Source: Mobula hypostoma
Lineage: Eukaryota
Assembly (NCBI RefSeq): GCF_963921235.1
Contig: NC_086118.1
Coordinates: forward strand, 17,610,001-17,674,000
DNA length: 64,000 nucleotides
Direction: 5' to 3'
A program made the position numbers and the translations under genes. Positions within the stretch are counted from its first letter, which is position 1. Each line of letters starts with the position of its first letter. Below the pieces are notes generated by a model. It was not told where the DNA came from and made no database searches. It saw nothing but the letters and a program-made list of their open reading frames with translations. Positions 12,076 to 25,555 of this stretch are shown here, one piece after another.

Positions 12076-14490
12076 TAGTCATAGGAAGGTACAGCACTGA
12101 AACAGGCCCTTGAGCCATCTAGTCAATGCCAACCATTTAAACTGCCTACTACCACTGATCTGCGCCCAGACCATTGCCCTGCATACCCATCCCATCCATA
12201 TACCTATCCAAACTTCTCTTAAATGTTGAAATCGATCTTGCATGCACCGCTTGCGCTGGCAGCTCGTTCTACAGTCTTATGATCCTTTGACTGAAGAAGT
12301 TTCCCTCATGTTTCCCTAAACTTTTCACCTTTCACCCTGAACCCATGCCCTCTAGTTGTAGTCCCACCCAACCTCAGTGGAAAAAGCCACCTTGCATTTA
12401 CCCTATCTATACCCCTCATAATTTTGTATACCTCTACCAAAACTCCTCTCAATCTTTTACATTCCAAGGAATAAAGTCCTAACCTATTCAATCTTATAAC
12501 TCAGGTCCTCTAGTCCTGGCTACATCCTTGTAAATTTTCTCTGTCCTCTTTCAATCTTATTTATAGCTTTCCTGTACATAAGTGACCAAAACTGCATACA
12601 ATACTTCAAATTGGGTCTTAGCAACATCTTATACAACTTCAACATAACATCCCATCTCCTGTACTCGTACTTTGATTTATGAAGGCCCATGTGCCAAAAG
12701 CTTTCTTTATGACCCTGCCTAACTGTGCCACCTCTTTCAATGAATTATCAATCCCTTTGTTCTACAGCACACAGTGCCCTACCGTTTACTGTGTAAGACC
12801 TACTCTGGTTGGTTCTACCAAAGTGAAACACCTTGCACTTGTCTGCATTAAATTCCGTTGGCTGTTTTTCAACCCATTTTTTCAGCTGGTCCAGATTTTG
12901 CTGGAAGCTCTGATAGTCTTTCTTGTGGCCTACTACATCCCAAGTCTTAATGTTATTCGTTTATTTGCTGATCCAGTTAATCACACTATTCTCAATTCAT
13001 TGATACAGGTCACAATCAGCAACGGACCTAGCACCAATCCCTGCAGCACTCCACTAGTTATAGGTCACCAGTCAGAGAGGCAACCATCTTCTACCACTCT
13101 CTAGCTTCCCCCAGCTTCTTCCTTCTGGCTGCTACCTCATCTTGAATGGCGAGCAACTGAATCTTCTTAGCCAACCTTCCAAGCGGGACGTTGTCGAATG
13201 CTTAGTTTAAAGTCTAGATAGACAACATCCACTGCCTTGCCTGCATCAACTTTCCTGGTAACTTCCTCAAATGACTATAAGATTGGTTAGATACGACCTA
13301 CCACGCACAAGGCCATACTGACCATCCCTAATCAGTCCATATCTATTCAAATACTCCTATATTCGATTCCTTAGAATACCTCCCAATAACTTTGCCACTA
13401 CTGATGTCAGGCTAACCAGCCTATAATTTCCTGCTTTATTTTTAGCACCTTTCTTAAACAATGGAATGACATTAGCTATCCTCCAATACTGTGGTATCTC
13501 ACCCGTTGCTAAGGATGATTTAAATATCTCTGCTGAGGCCCCTGAAATTTCTGCACACCTCCCATAGGGTGCAAAGGAACATCTTGTCAGGCCCTGGGGA
13601 TTTATTCACCCTAATTTATCTCAAAACAGTAAACACTTCCTCTAATCTGTAGTGTCCATGACCTCGCTGATGTTCTGTCTATAGAAGACTGCCTGTCTGT
13701 TGAGTTAATACTGGTGCAAAAAAAATCCACTTAAGATCTCCCCCCATCTCTCTTGGCTCCACATGTAGATTACCATTCTGATCTGTTAGAGGGCCACTTC
13801 CTAAGTTCTTAAGTGTTCTCTTGCATTTCTTATACTCGGGCACCTCATTTATTCCTACCTGCCTATCCCTGCTATACATCTTTTTTTTTCTTTATCAGAG
13901 CCTCGATATCTCTTGAAAACTAAAATTCCATAAACCTGTTATCTTTACCTTTTATTCTGACAGGCACATACAAGATTTATTCTGAATTTCTTTTTTGAAG
14001 GCCTCCTACTTACCATGTACACCTTTGTCAGAAACTAGCCTGTCCCAGTCCACACTTGCCAGATACTTTCTGATACCATCAAAATTGGCCTTTCTCCAAT
14101 TTAAAATCTCAACCTGCAGACCAGACCTATATCTTTGCATATTTACTTTGAAACTAGTGGTATCGTGATTGCTAGGTGTGAAGTGTTACCCTACACACTG
14201 CTGTCGCCTGCTCTGTCTCATTCCCTAATAGCAGATCAAGTATCGCACACTCTCTGGTTGGGACTTCTATGTACTGATTACGGAAACTTTCCTGAACACA
14301 TCTGATGGACTCTGTCCCATCTAGTCCTTTTTCAGTATGGGAGTCCCAGTCAATATGTAGAATACTATAACACCTACTATAACAACCTTGTGTTTCTAGC
14401 ACTGGTCTGCTATCTCTCTCTCCAAGTTTGTCCTCTAAATCCTGCAGATTGTTGGGTTGTCTATAATATAGCCCCATTAACATGGTCATA
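12076..14490 (-). mobile_element. CR1 LINE (EN-RT-3' UTR), degenerate
   Basis: YYRQPN, PTRECAILDLLLGN, RLGLYSLE..RLRG.LVEVYKI, TRGHGFRVKG motifs and the CR1 3' tail. Confidence 0.88.
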
Positions 14491-14706
14491 CCATTGTTTT
14501 GCCATTGTGCTGCTTTGTAATTTGGTTTTGTGTTCTTCAGCTGAACCAAGCATCAGGATAAAACTGGCAGTCTGAACTCTCAACGACTGTTTAGTGTAGC
14601 TGACCATTATAAGACTGTTCCAAATAGTGATATGCTCCATTTTTAATATTGAGATTTCAACATAGAACAGCATGTGCTGTAACTAAAATAAATTATTTCC
14701 ATGCAG

Positions 14707-14973
14707 GTGCGGTTTGCTGATTTTAAGGTATTACCAAAACTCATTCCGTCCCTGAAAACCCTTTTTGCGGATGAGATTGAAGAGATGGAGGAGCGCCGTG
14801 AGAAGCGTGAGCTTCGACAGTTGAAGGAGATCCAGAGCTCCTCGACCACTAATGGACCTGTGTCCCAAGGACAGTCATCGGCTCCAAGGGTCGGTAATGG
14901 AGCTGACAAAATGAAACGGGAGCTCAAAGTATATGATCAAGATTTGGGTCGCAAAAGGAGCAAGCTGACTTGA
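14707..14973 (+). CDS. ELAC2: ELAC2 terminal coding exon to stop codon
   Basis: atgcag acceptor; [38 protein letters not shown]...[22 protein letters not shown] matches the ELAC2 C-terminus. Confidence 0.96.
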   Translation: MRFADFKVLPKLIPSLKTLFADEIEEMEERREKRELRQLKEIQSSSTTNGPVSQGQSSAPRVGNGADKMKRELKVYDQDLGRKRSKLT

Positions 14974-15126
14974 GATGCTGCTGATAGTTAAATCATTGTC
15001 CTAAAGTCCTGCTTTATAACCTGGAGTAATTACTGTGAGGGGAAAGCCAATCCTCTCTGACAAAGTGTTGAATTGGTTTTGTTGTATAAATGAGATTATT
15101 GTACAGGCTGAAAATGTGTAGTTTGA

Positions 15127-15132
15127 ATTAAA
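15127..15132 (+). promoter_or_regulatory. Candidate ELAC2 polyadenylation signal (ATTAAA)
   Basis: ATTAAA about 150 nt after the stop, followed by a T/GT-rich tract; AATAAA at 15933-15938 is an alternative. Confidence 0.4.
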
Positions 15133-15289
15133 TCAGATTATATTTGTTTTATATTTTGTTTTTATTTTAAAATGTTATCGTACGTTTCATCTATGCACTG
15201 AATGTTACTTATTCAGCAGACTATTCCTTATCTCTTTTTCTTTTGGATGGAGTCGTCCTGACTTTTAAATGAAGACATAGGAAACAAGG

Positions 15290-15920
15290 CAGAGTCATTG
15301 AACACTACAGCACAGAATCTGACCCTTCAGCTCATCTAGTCTATGCCGAACTATTAATCTGCCTCGTCCTAGCCACCTGCACCTGGACCATACCCCTCCC
15401 ATCCAGGTATCTATTCCAATCTCTCTTCAATGTGAGTTTGATTTCAACATCCACCATTTCTTCTGACAGCTTGCTCCACACTCTCACTACCTCATGTTTC
15501 TCTTAAATATTTCACATTTCACCTTTCACCCTTAACCCACGATCTCACATTCTAGTCTCACCCAACCTCAGTAGAAAAAGCCTGCTTGCACTAACCTAAT
15601 CTGTACCCCTCGTAATTTTGTGTGCTTCTATCAAATCTTCTCATTCTCCTATACTCCAGGGAATAGTCTTAATCTATTCAACCTTTCTGTATAACTCTGT
15701 CGTTCCCAGGTCCTGGCAACATCCTTGTAAATTTTTCTGCACACAATGAATGCTCCAAAATAAGCCTCGCACAATATAACTTCAACGAACATCTCTACTC
15801 CTGTACTCAATACTTTTATTTTTGAATGCCAGTGTGCCAAAAGCTTTCTTTACGACCCTCTCTATCTGTGACGCCACTTTCAAGGAATTACACGTTGGTA
15901 TTCACAGATCTCTGTTCTAC
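15290..15920 (-). mobile_element. CR1 LINE 3' fragment
   Basis: Homologous to 12076-12780; SYTERLNRLRLF motif. Confidence 0.8.
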
Positions 15921-16429
15921 CACAATTTTAAAAATAAACATCCTTTAGTTGTTCTACATGAGGACAAATAATCATTTTTTTGAAAATGGGTAATGTGATT
16001 ATAAATCACATACCAGGCCACAGTTTGAAGTTTTCTCTTTATTTATAATGGGGTATCCTTCATTTTTAATTGCTCTTCAGGTTTTACCTCACTGGATTAC
16101 CCGAAGGTGCTGCTCCATCTGTTGTTCAGCCCCACACCTCTGCCATTGCTCTGTTGACGTATTAGCTGTAATACAGTACAGAATTACTTTGCCGCCTTTC
16201 CATTTGGAAATCCCTCTGCCTCATTCAATAATAATTCCAACTGAGATTGGGAACTCAGTTTATTGATGGGGCAAGAAATCCACAGAGAAAATCCCAAACC
16301 TTGCTTCATAATCCAGATGCTGTGCAGCAAGTTTAATGTTAAAAAGTGATTGTTCACATCTGACTGGATAAATAAAGTCCTCATTGTAAGAACGTATGCT
16401 GATAATCATAACCTTTTACTCATTAATTA

Positions 16430-17424
16430 CACTGGACAACAATTTTTTTCAAAAGTGTTTCTTCCTCAGAATTTTTTTTTGTTTATGATAGACTTCGTGA
16501 AGATGAACACAAATACAATTTCAGTCCACTTGTATCACATAGGAATTTGGAGAAACAACAAATTAACTTTTATTGAATATAATGTGTTTAATTGCATAAT
16601 GGTGCTGATGCTTTGCAATAGTTCAACTAAGTTAAAAGTATTTTGTTAATGATTTTCATTTGTACTCAGTGTCTGAGGCTTCTCGCTTAAGTGTCCAACA
16701 ATAATTCGCCAGCATTGATGAATTCCAGTCGCCCTGGTATCTTTTCTCCATGACCGCAATGTCCTGGTGAAACCTTTCACCAGCTTGTGACTAACAGCAC
16801 CAAGATTTGCAGGGAAGAAATCTAAATGGGAATGCAGAAATGAATCTTTAGTGACATGTTGCATTTCATGGTTTTATATGCTTGAAGTATGCTTTCAACC
16901 AGCTGCATGTAGTTCGGTGCTCTGTGGATACCGAGAAAAATTTCAACAACTTCCTTGAATGCCTTCCATGTGATTTTCTCAGGTTGCACTAGAAATTCTT
17001 CATATTGTCTGTCATTGATGACCTGTTTGATTTCTGGACCAACAAAAATGCTTTCCTTAATCTTGGCATCGGTTGTTCTGGGAAGCATCTGCCTCAAATA
17101 CCAAAATCCTTCATAGAAATTTTTGTGCCTGGTGATAGCAAATTCCATCCTTACAGTCCTGAACCCAATAACTATTACTGAAACCTGTCCTGCCATGCGG
17201 CAGCTGCACCGTCTAAGCGTGCCTGGACAAGATAGGAAACTTTCCAGCTTACATTGTAGGCAACATTTTAATTGACTTGAATTATGAATTGAAATAATAA
17301 ACAAGCTTATTTTTAAAAATTGTCTGTGATAGGGAAATTTCATGGTGATTTTCATGATCAGTAGCCCAAAATTCATAAGATACACCTAAAGGTATTCAGG
17401 AAGCAAAATCTTTGTTGTCCATTG
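16430..17424 (-). mobile_element. Chapaev3-type (CMC superfamily) DNA transposon, internally deleted
   Basis: Terminal inverted repeats CACTGGACAACAA / TTGTTGTCCAtTG, TTA on both sides; transposase C-terminus DAKIKESIFVGPEI...CNMSLKIHF/LHSHLDFFPANLGAVS...FHQDI..MEKRYQG.W with frameshifts. Confidence 0.72.
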
Positions 17425-18309
17425 TTATTGTACTGAATACCTAATATATTTTGAATGTAAAGTGCAATCATTAGAATAAACTTATTGGAGATTTTGAAGC
17501 TGTGGATATTGCCTTAGAATACCTCTTTCACTGAAAGTTGTTTCCCTGCCATCATTTCTTGCAGTAATATGGAAGAAAATGTGGAAATTCTGTTCTGTTC
17601 ATTTTAGTGCCAGAAAAATTAACTTTAAATCTACTTTCATCTTGGTTTATATATAAATATTTTTGAGACTTACTGTCTCTCCCCTGTGAGGAAGTCCTGT
17701 TGGGACTTGATCCAAAGAATTTTGATGAAATACATTATTAAAACTGGTGAGTGTCACCTTTTCATAGGACTCAGTGTGGGATGCATCAATAAATAGAGAG
17801 TGTGAGGGAGCTCAAGTAAGGACCTATTGTTTTATTGATATGACATCATGTGAAGTCCAAGAACACATACATAAATAATGGAAGTATTAGGTGTATGTGT
17901 GAGTTGCTGTGGTAGCTTTTTTTTTCCAGTGTAAATTGGGAGCTAAAGAACATTATAAAAATTGATTTTCAGTTGATTTTAATAGGTTCAACAGCTTGTG
18001 TTCTGCAATGTTTCTGGCAGTCTTCATATTTACATAAATAACACCTAACTAGAAAAAAAAGTGTTGCGGTAATTCTTCCCAAAATGGATAAACTCCAGTA
18101 AATCTAAATTGCAGTGACTAAAGAAATGGCTTCTCGATCAAATTCCAGTGGATGTGTTAATAATTTAAGCTATTTAAAGTTTATTCTCATGACTTGTTAT
18201 GTCAACCTATGCAGCGAGCAAGTGGCTTCAATGATGGTTGGAACTAAAATACTACCAATGCTGAAGGTCTGATATTTAAACAGAAAAAGAAAATACATCG
18301 ATAGAACAA

Positions 18310-18990
18310 ATTTCAAAGTAAATTTATTATCAAAGTACATGTGTCACCATGTACAATTCTGAGGTGCATTTTTTTTGCAGGTATACTCAATAAATCCATA
18401 ATAGAATCAACTTGGACATTCAACCAGTGTGCAAAAGCCAACAAACTGTAAATACAAAAAGTAAGAAATAATAAATAAAGAATAAATATCAGGAACATGA
18501 GAGGAAGAGTCATTGAAAGTAAGTCCATAGGTTGTGGGGCATGAAATTACCCCCTTTGGTTTAAGAGCCTGATGGCTGATGGGTAATAACTGTTCCTCAA
18601 CTCAGCAGTGTGAGTCCTGAGGCTCCTGTGACAAAACTATAGATGTGCTCAGAGGGGAGGGCTCTACCATGATGGACTGGGCCATATTCATTTCTTTTTT
18701 GTAGGAATTTCCGTTCCAAGGGCATTGATGTTTCCATACCAGACTATGATACAGCTAGTCAATATACTCTCCAGCACACATCTTTGGAGGAAATCGTACC
18801 TGGACCTCTCATAACTTTCTTAAATGCTTGACCTGGCCTTCAGCATCGTGAATCTCATGGTTCATCCAGTGCTTCTGGTTGCGGAAGACTGAATGATCTT
18901 TGTGGGGACACTCATCTACAACTGTTTTAATAAAGTTTGTGCCAACCACGGTGCATTCAAACATCTGCAACTTACATAAGATAGCCAACA
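18310..18990 (-). mobile_element. Rex1/Babar-like LINE fragments
   Basis: FIKTVVDEC...NQKHWMNHEI and a 3' UTR ending tttgataataaatttactttg. Confidence 0.6.
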
Positions 18991-19794
18991 ACGCAATAAG
19001 AATTCTTAACGCTTTGCTGCAAATTTCTGGTCATTAACTAAACAGTAATATTATGTTCAGTTGGCTATTTGTCAACCAGGAATTTTTAGTAAAATTAGAT
19101 GTACAGTAAATAGGTATAATTACTACATTTGTTTTGTGAAACAAACCTATCCAAATTAAAACCTCAACAAGCCCCTCTATCAATATATTCCCTTGCAGTA
19201 TTGTAACATCTGATGGAGTGCATACCTCATGGAAGGAAGAATGGATTTGAGAGATAAGATGGAGATGCTGAAGTTTGTTTAAATATAACATATTTTAAAA
19301 GGAGGGGTGAAAATATTTTAACAACTGTGATATCTTTGATTTTTGAATTTTGCCCTGTTCAGCTAAATTGTGACTCAGTTTAATTACCACGCAGAGCGGG
19401 TGTTGGAATAAGCAAGCATAATTTTGAGCTGCTGGAATGGAAGCAAAGGATAAAAAGCTAAAGAAAGTCCTTAAAGAAGAGTTGAGGTCAGTGGGTTGTG
19501 GTTGTGTTTGGGTAAAGAGATCTTAAAAGTGAGTTTGAAGAGACACTTTCCTGTGAGAATAATTGTAGTTGGAATGATGGATTTTTTTTTTCAGTTAAGG
19601 ATGCTGCTGCAAAATAGGAGGTTCATGTTGTTGAGAGCAGTTATGTGCCGATGAATTCAAAATGTTGAACAATGTTGGATGTAAAAGTAGGAACAGATGG
19701 AAAATGAAGGAATATCAGAGATAGAAAAAGGTGTTATGGTTCTGTAATATGTCTATTCAAGTCCATTCATAGTTCACAGCAAAAAGAATTCAAC

Positions 19795-20480
19795 TCTTTG
19801 GAACAACACACACATATAAAATGCTGGCGAAACTCAACAGGTCATACTGCATTTGTAGAGAGAAATAAACGATCAAGGATTTGGGCCAAGACTCAATGGC
19901 CCAAATCCTTGATAGTTTATTTATGGAAGATGATAGAAGGCAGAATATAAGGGGAGTGGGAAGAACATGAACTGGCAGGTGACTGGCGAATCCTGGTGAG
20001 AAGGAGAAGACAGTGGGGGGGGGGGGGAGTGATGCATGAAGTTGGGAATGTGAAAGAGGAAATGGACTGAAGAAGGAACCTAATAGATGACAGTAGATCA
20101 TAGAATAAAGGGGAGCAGGTGGGGAACCAGACGAAGAAAGGTGAAGATGTTGGGTAGATTTTGTGATGACAGAGGATGGCAAAGAGAAGTAGTAAAGGGT
20201 CTACAGGAATACGTGAAAACAAAGATGGGAGCGGTTACTGGAAGTTAGATATCTAGCTCTTGATAGCATCAGTTTGGAGACTACGAAGACAAGGTGATGT
20301 GTTGCACTTCAAAACTGTTTCTGGCTTCAATGTGACAGAGAGGAGACCTTGGACAGACATGTCCCTGTGGAGGTGGGAAGTGGAATTAAAATGGCTGGCC
20401 ACCAGGAGATCCTGGATGTTGTGACAGATGGAGTGATGGTGTCGGATCTCATTGATATAGATGAGGTTGCTCTGGGAGAA
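19795..20480 (-). mobile_element. Penelope-like element 3' part, degenerate
   Basis: Terminal repeat (aaatgctggcgaaactcaacagg) plus a GIY-YIG remnant similar to 10395-10530. Confidence 0.65.
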
Positions 20481-20944
20481 CTCATTGGAATGTAGGAAGG
20501 CAGAATATCTGTCTGATAATGTTATCTTAGTTTATAACTTTGGGAAAGAAATTATTAGATGATGTGAGTTACACAATGTACATTGTAGTCTTTCTACTTT
20601 TTTGTGCAGTTTCTAAGGATGACTACTGATTTGAAGCTGGTCATACAATGGATTTTGTTGTTAATATGTTAACTATCATAGTTACTTGCTTTATACCACT
20701 AAAATTTAACTAATTCTGCTTTCATTTAAAAAATAATATTTTAAGTAATATTTCAGCTTTTAATTTGAGGCTGCTTTTGGCATTGCAAAATGCCTAACTT
20801 TGTTAAAATGTCTTGGTCTGAAAAATGTCTAACACCAGGATTAATGTGCATCCCATACTAAGGTTAATGTGGGACCTCTTATTCAGAGGAATAAGTGAAA
20901 TACTATGAGTTGTGAACTTTGGTAGTCAATCATATAACAATATC

Positions 20945-21560
20945 ACTTACTCCCTGCCCCTCCATTACCAGACTGATTACTAGGATTGCAGGACTGACTT
21001 ATGAAGGGAGATTGGGTCAATTAGGCTCGTATCCACTAGAGTTTAAAAGATTGAAAGGACATCTCATGGAAACTTACAAAATTCTAACAGGACTGATCTG
21101 ATTAGATTCAAGAAGTATATTCCTAATAGCTGGAGAACCTACGACCACAGGTTGCAATCCAAGGATAAAGCTAAGCTATTTAAGGCTGCAATGAAGATAA
21201 ATGTTTTCTCAGTGGTGAAACTGTTATTCTGTACCACAGATAACAGTTAAGGGCAAATAATTATATTCAAAAAGGTACCAGGAAGTTTTAAGGAAAACCC
21301 ACTATATACTGAAGGAACTCTGCAGACCGGGCAGCATCTATGGAAAAGAGTAAACGGTCGATATTTTGGGCCGAGACCATTCATCAGGACTGGAAATAAA
21401 GATGAGATATCTTTTTAAGATATTGTTAGGGTCTTTTTAAGGTATGTATGTATCAAGTACCGTGAAGGTGGAACAGAATATTAAAATTAGCAGATCATTT
21501 AGAAAGCAAGGCAAGTTTAACAAGCCAATGGCTTATCCTGCTCCTGTTTTTATGTTTGCT
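20945..21560 (+). mobile_element. CR1 3' fragment interrupted by a PLE terminal repeat (about 21295-21410, minus)
   Basis: GLTYEGRLGQLGSYPLEFKRLKGHLMETYKILTG; the CR1 3' UTR resumes after 21410. Confidence 0.65.
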
Positions 21561-22639
21561 ACAGCTTAGTCTCTGATATATTTGAAAACAATGGCTGTTG
21601 CAAACAAACTATGGAAAGTTTAATCTGATAATTAACAATATAAATACGCTTAATAATATAACTGAAAAAGCAGAGCCAACCAGTAAAATAAGTTTTGGTG
21701 TTCTAAAGAAGGATGATTGATCTGAAATGTTAACTTAATTTCTCTCCAGAAATGCTGGTGGATTTGCTGAGTTTTTCCAGTGCTGTCCGGTTTTATATCC
21801 ATTTTAATGTTCAATTTCATTCCTGTGGCATATGCTTTGTGATTTAAAACAATTAAATTGAAAATGTTTTATACTTAATTGAATAGCATTTTGTGCTTTA
21901 ATTCTCCTCTTGCAGTTGATTTTTACTAGTCCACTCTAATCCCTAGTTCATCTTTTCTATTAGTCTTCATAGCTCTCAGATTATACTGAGGTTCCAATTG
22001 CCCTGTTCCCTTCACCAGCCTCATTTTTCAGCAGCAAGTGGTAAACTACTTAGGGATTCTTCTGATCTACCTCTGTTGAAAAATCAACAGATATTTATCA
22101 TAGTTCTGCGTTAATTAAAATCAATGATAAATACAACTCAAATAATGCTATATTTATCCTTGCTGCAATTGAGACTGAAAAAATAATAGTACTTGTGGTC
22201 GCTTGGTGACTTGATTTTTTTTTAACAATCAATTGTTGCTTTGCTATTTAGTTCAAGCAGTCTGTTTTCAATAAATGCATAGGCACATGAATGGAGTGTG
22301 GATTTTAATTTTAATTAACAACTGATGTTGCTAAAGTTTCCGGTGAAGCTGAAGAGGTCTATTTCTGTCTTGCATAATCACTCCATTCTTGGTAAGACCA
22401 AGATGCATTTGAAAGATTGTAAGTGGTTAAGATATCAATATAAGTGCTATTATAATTTAATGAATATAAAGGACTGTTTGTGTAATATTAGTATAGCAAC
22501 CACTTTTCTGTAAAATTGATTTTATATGGGTTAATTTCATAAATCAGAAGGCTCATCAGACTTTATTACTTTGAATTGAACAGCATTAAAATGAAAGTAG
22601 TATTCTGTTATGAAGAAGAGGGTTATTTCTCTGTTATCC

Positions 22640-22990
22640 ATGAACATAAGAAATAGAAGCAAAAGTAGGTCATGCAGCCCTTCATGCCTGCTTCATCTAG
22701 CAGATCATAGCTATCTTTTCAGTCAGTGTCACCTCCTTGCAATGATCTCCAATCCATTCATTTACTTAACATCAACAAGCTTATGGATATACTTAGTCAC
22801 TGACCCTCTACAACCCGTGTGTGCAGTGCATTCCAAAATCCATTAACTCTGGATGATGAAACTTTTATTTATATCTTTCCAGGGTGCTTCGCTGTTTTAA
22901 CTCAACGCTGTAACTCCTAGTTCTGGACACTCAAACCGAACCTCAGCTCTATATCTACCTGTTATGCCCCCTGAGAAAATATTAGTTCCT
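22640..22990 (-). mobile_element. Old CR1 3' end
   Basis: gaacataagaaatagaagcaaaagtaggtc is the reverse complement of a CR1 tail. Confidence 0.55.
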
Positions 22991-23559
22991 ATAACATATA
23001 TAAGATGAGACTGGGGGATTAATGATAATGTCTTAATTTTTGTTCAAATGATCAAGTTTATTAAAAGTTTTGCAAATATTTTATGCTCTTAATATTTTCA
23101 TAGTTTTTGAGTGTTTCTGATAGTCAGCTTTGTGAGAGGGGCCTGACTTGAATGCACACCTGATATTATCCTTGCTTGGCACAGGCTCCACATGGAGACT
23201 GGAGCCAGCTTAGTTCTGTAAATTCTCAGCTAGGAATGTGATAAAATGAATGGCAATTTCAGTGACTGGCTCACCACGACAACAAAAATTGAGCCATGGA
23301 TTTGACAAACAATTTGTCAATTGCTAATGAAGACTTGCAAGAAAATCTTTGCCAGATGGTTCCAGGAGACTTCCAATACTATAGCAAGGTCAAAGAGGGA
23401 CATGGTGATCCATAATAAAATCGATCCCTCCGATATCCAGATCCCTTCCCCTCAACCCACATCCTGCCATACTCCATATTATAGTTAAAAGGGAATCAGG
23501 GCATGTGTTGTAAATTGTAACAGATATAGTAACTGAAATAAATTGACATTAGTGGAAGC

Positions 23560-24150
23560 AGTATTTCTAACTTGACATTATTACCACTTCAATTCCATTT
23601 TGAATGTTGTTACATTAAATAATTGATGGGACAGCAAACAATTGAAGAAGGCATGGTCCTAAAGTAAGAATCTAAATGTGGTGGTGGAGCAAAGAGGTGT
23701 ACAAATATGTTAATCATTAAGTATAGTCACACAGATTAATGAGATCATAACAAAGCAAATAAAGTGTAGGATTTATGTATTGTAAGATTGAGAAGCACAG
23801 AAGTAGTGTTACATTCATAGTGGACTTTGGTTATCTCATATTTCTAGGGCAGTTCTGGTGTACATATTATAAAGGAACTGAATAATGCCAGACAGAGGTT
23901 ATACTGATAAAGAAATTTGTAACATGGAATTGGAATTCTTTAGAAAACGGAAGGCTGAGAATTATAAAATCAAAGAGAAATTGTTCTCAGTTGAGAGAAA
24001 CACCAAAATTAAAAGATGGCCAAAGATATATCCAACAGAGAAACAAGTGGCACATCCTCACCATGAGTTGTTTAGATTTGGAAATAGTTACCACAGAGGG
24101 GTGCTGAGATGATTAACATTCAGTCATTTATGGAAAAATTAAGATGCATG
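23560..24150 (+). mobile_element. Very old CR1 RT C-terminal fragment
   Basis: Degenerate similarity to the other CR1 copies (e.g. gggcagttctggtgtacatattataaagga). Confidence 0.4.
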
Positions 24151-24209
24151 GGGAGAAAGGGCTTTTGTGGAGAGGATTTAATGAAAAGGAATGAGGGATT
24201 GGTCCTGGG

Positions 24210-25555
24210 TAGAGTCATAGAGAAGTACAGCACATAAACAGGCCCTTCAGCCCATCTAGTCTATACTGACACCATTTAATCTGCATATTTCCATTGAACT
24301 GCACCCAGGACCATAGCCCGCACCATACCCCTCTCTCCATGTACCTAGTCAAACTTCTCTTAAATGTTGAAATTGAGCTTGCATGCACCACTTGTGCTGG
24401 CAGCTCATTCCACACTCTCACAACCCTCTGAGAAAAGAAATTTCTCCTCGTGCTCCCCTTAAACTTTTCAGCTTTCACCCTTGACCCATGACCTCTGGTT
24501 GTAGTCTCACCCAACCTCAGCGCCAAAAGACTGCTTGCCTTAACCCTGTCTATACCCCCATAATTTTGTATACCTCTAGCAATCTCTGAATCTTCTATGT
24601 TCAAGAAAATAGTCCTAATCAAGATTTTCTCTACATCAGAAAATCTGTAGATGATGGAAATCCAAGCAACACATACAAAATCATGGAGGAACTCAGTAGC
24701 CAAGGCAGCATCGATGGGAAAAAAGTAAACAGTTGACGTTTTGGGCAGCATTCCTTCATCAGAACTGGAAAAAAGATGAAAAGTCGAAGTAAGAAGGTGG
24801 GGAGAGGAAGAAGTACAAGATGGTAGGTGATAGATGAAATTGGGAGAGGGAGAGGGGGAGGGGTGAAGAAAAGTGCTGTTAAGTTGATTGGTGAAAGATT
24901 TAAAGGACTGGAAATGGAGGAATCTAATAGGATAGGGTAGAAGACTATGAAAGAAAGGAAAGGGGAGGAGAACCACAGGGAGGTGATGGGCAGGTAAGAA
25001 GATAAGAATGAAACAGGAATGGGGGAATAGTGATGGGGGAGCAACTACTGAATGTTTGCGAAATCGACGTTCATGCATCAGGTTGGAGGCTACTAAGATG
25101 GAATTTAAGGTGTTACTTTTTACCTTCACTACTCCACCGCTCCCTGTTTCACCTGTCAGCTACTTCTTCCTCCCCTACCCCACTTTCTTATTCTAACATC
25201 TCGTCGTTTTTTTGCTGTCCTGATAAAGGGTCTCAGGCTGAAACATCAGCTGTTTACTCTTTTCCATGGATGTTGCCTGGCCTACCAAGTTCCCCGGCAA
25301 TTTGTGTGTGTTGCCTAACCTATTCAATCTTTACTAACAACTCGGGTCTTTCAGACCTAGTAACATCCTTCAAAGTTTTCTGTGTGCTCTTTCAACCTTG
25401 CTTACTTTTCTCTCGATAGTTGACCCTATCTGCACACACTACTCCAAATTAGGCCTCACCATCGTCTTATACAACTTCAGTATAACATCCCAATTCCTGT
25501 ACTCAAAACATTGATTTATGAAGGCCCATGTGCCGAAAGCTTTCTTCACGACTCT
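24210..25555 (-). mobile_element. CR1 3' fragment carrying a nested PLE (about 24630-25313) with inverted terminal repeats
   Basis: CR1 sequence breaks at gtcctaatc and resumes at cctaacctattcaatc; the insert has a minus-strand terminal repeat plus GIY-YIG end and a plus-strand terminal repeat. Confidence 0.78.

Noticed and set aside
14956..14973. Peroxisomal SKL signal at the ELAC2 C-terminus
   Set aside because: The protein ends SKLT, so SKL is not terminal; RKRSK is better read as a basic NLS-like patch.
24215..25129. 304-aa minus-strand ORF
   Set aside because: Chance read-through of a low-complexity PLE UTR into a CR1 3' end; no coherent domain.
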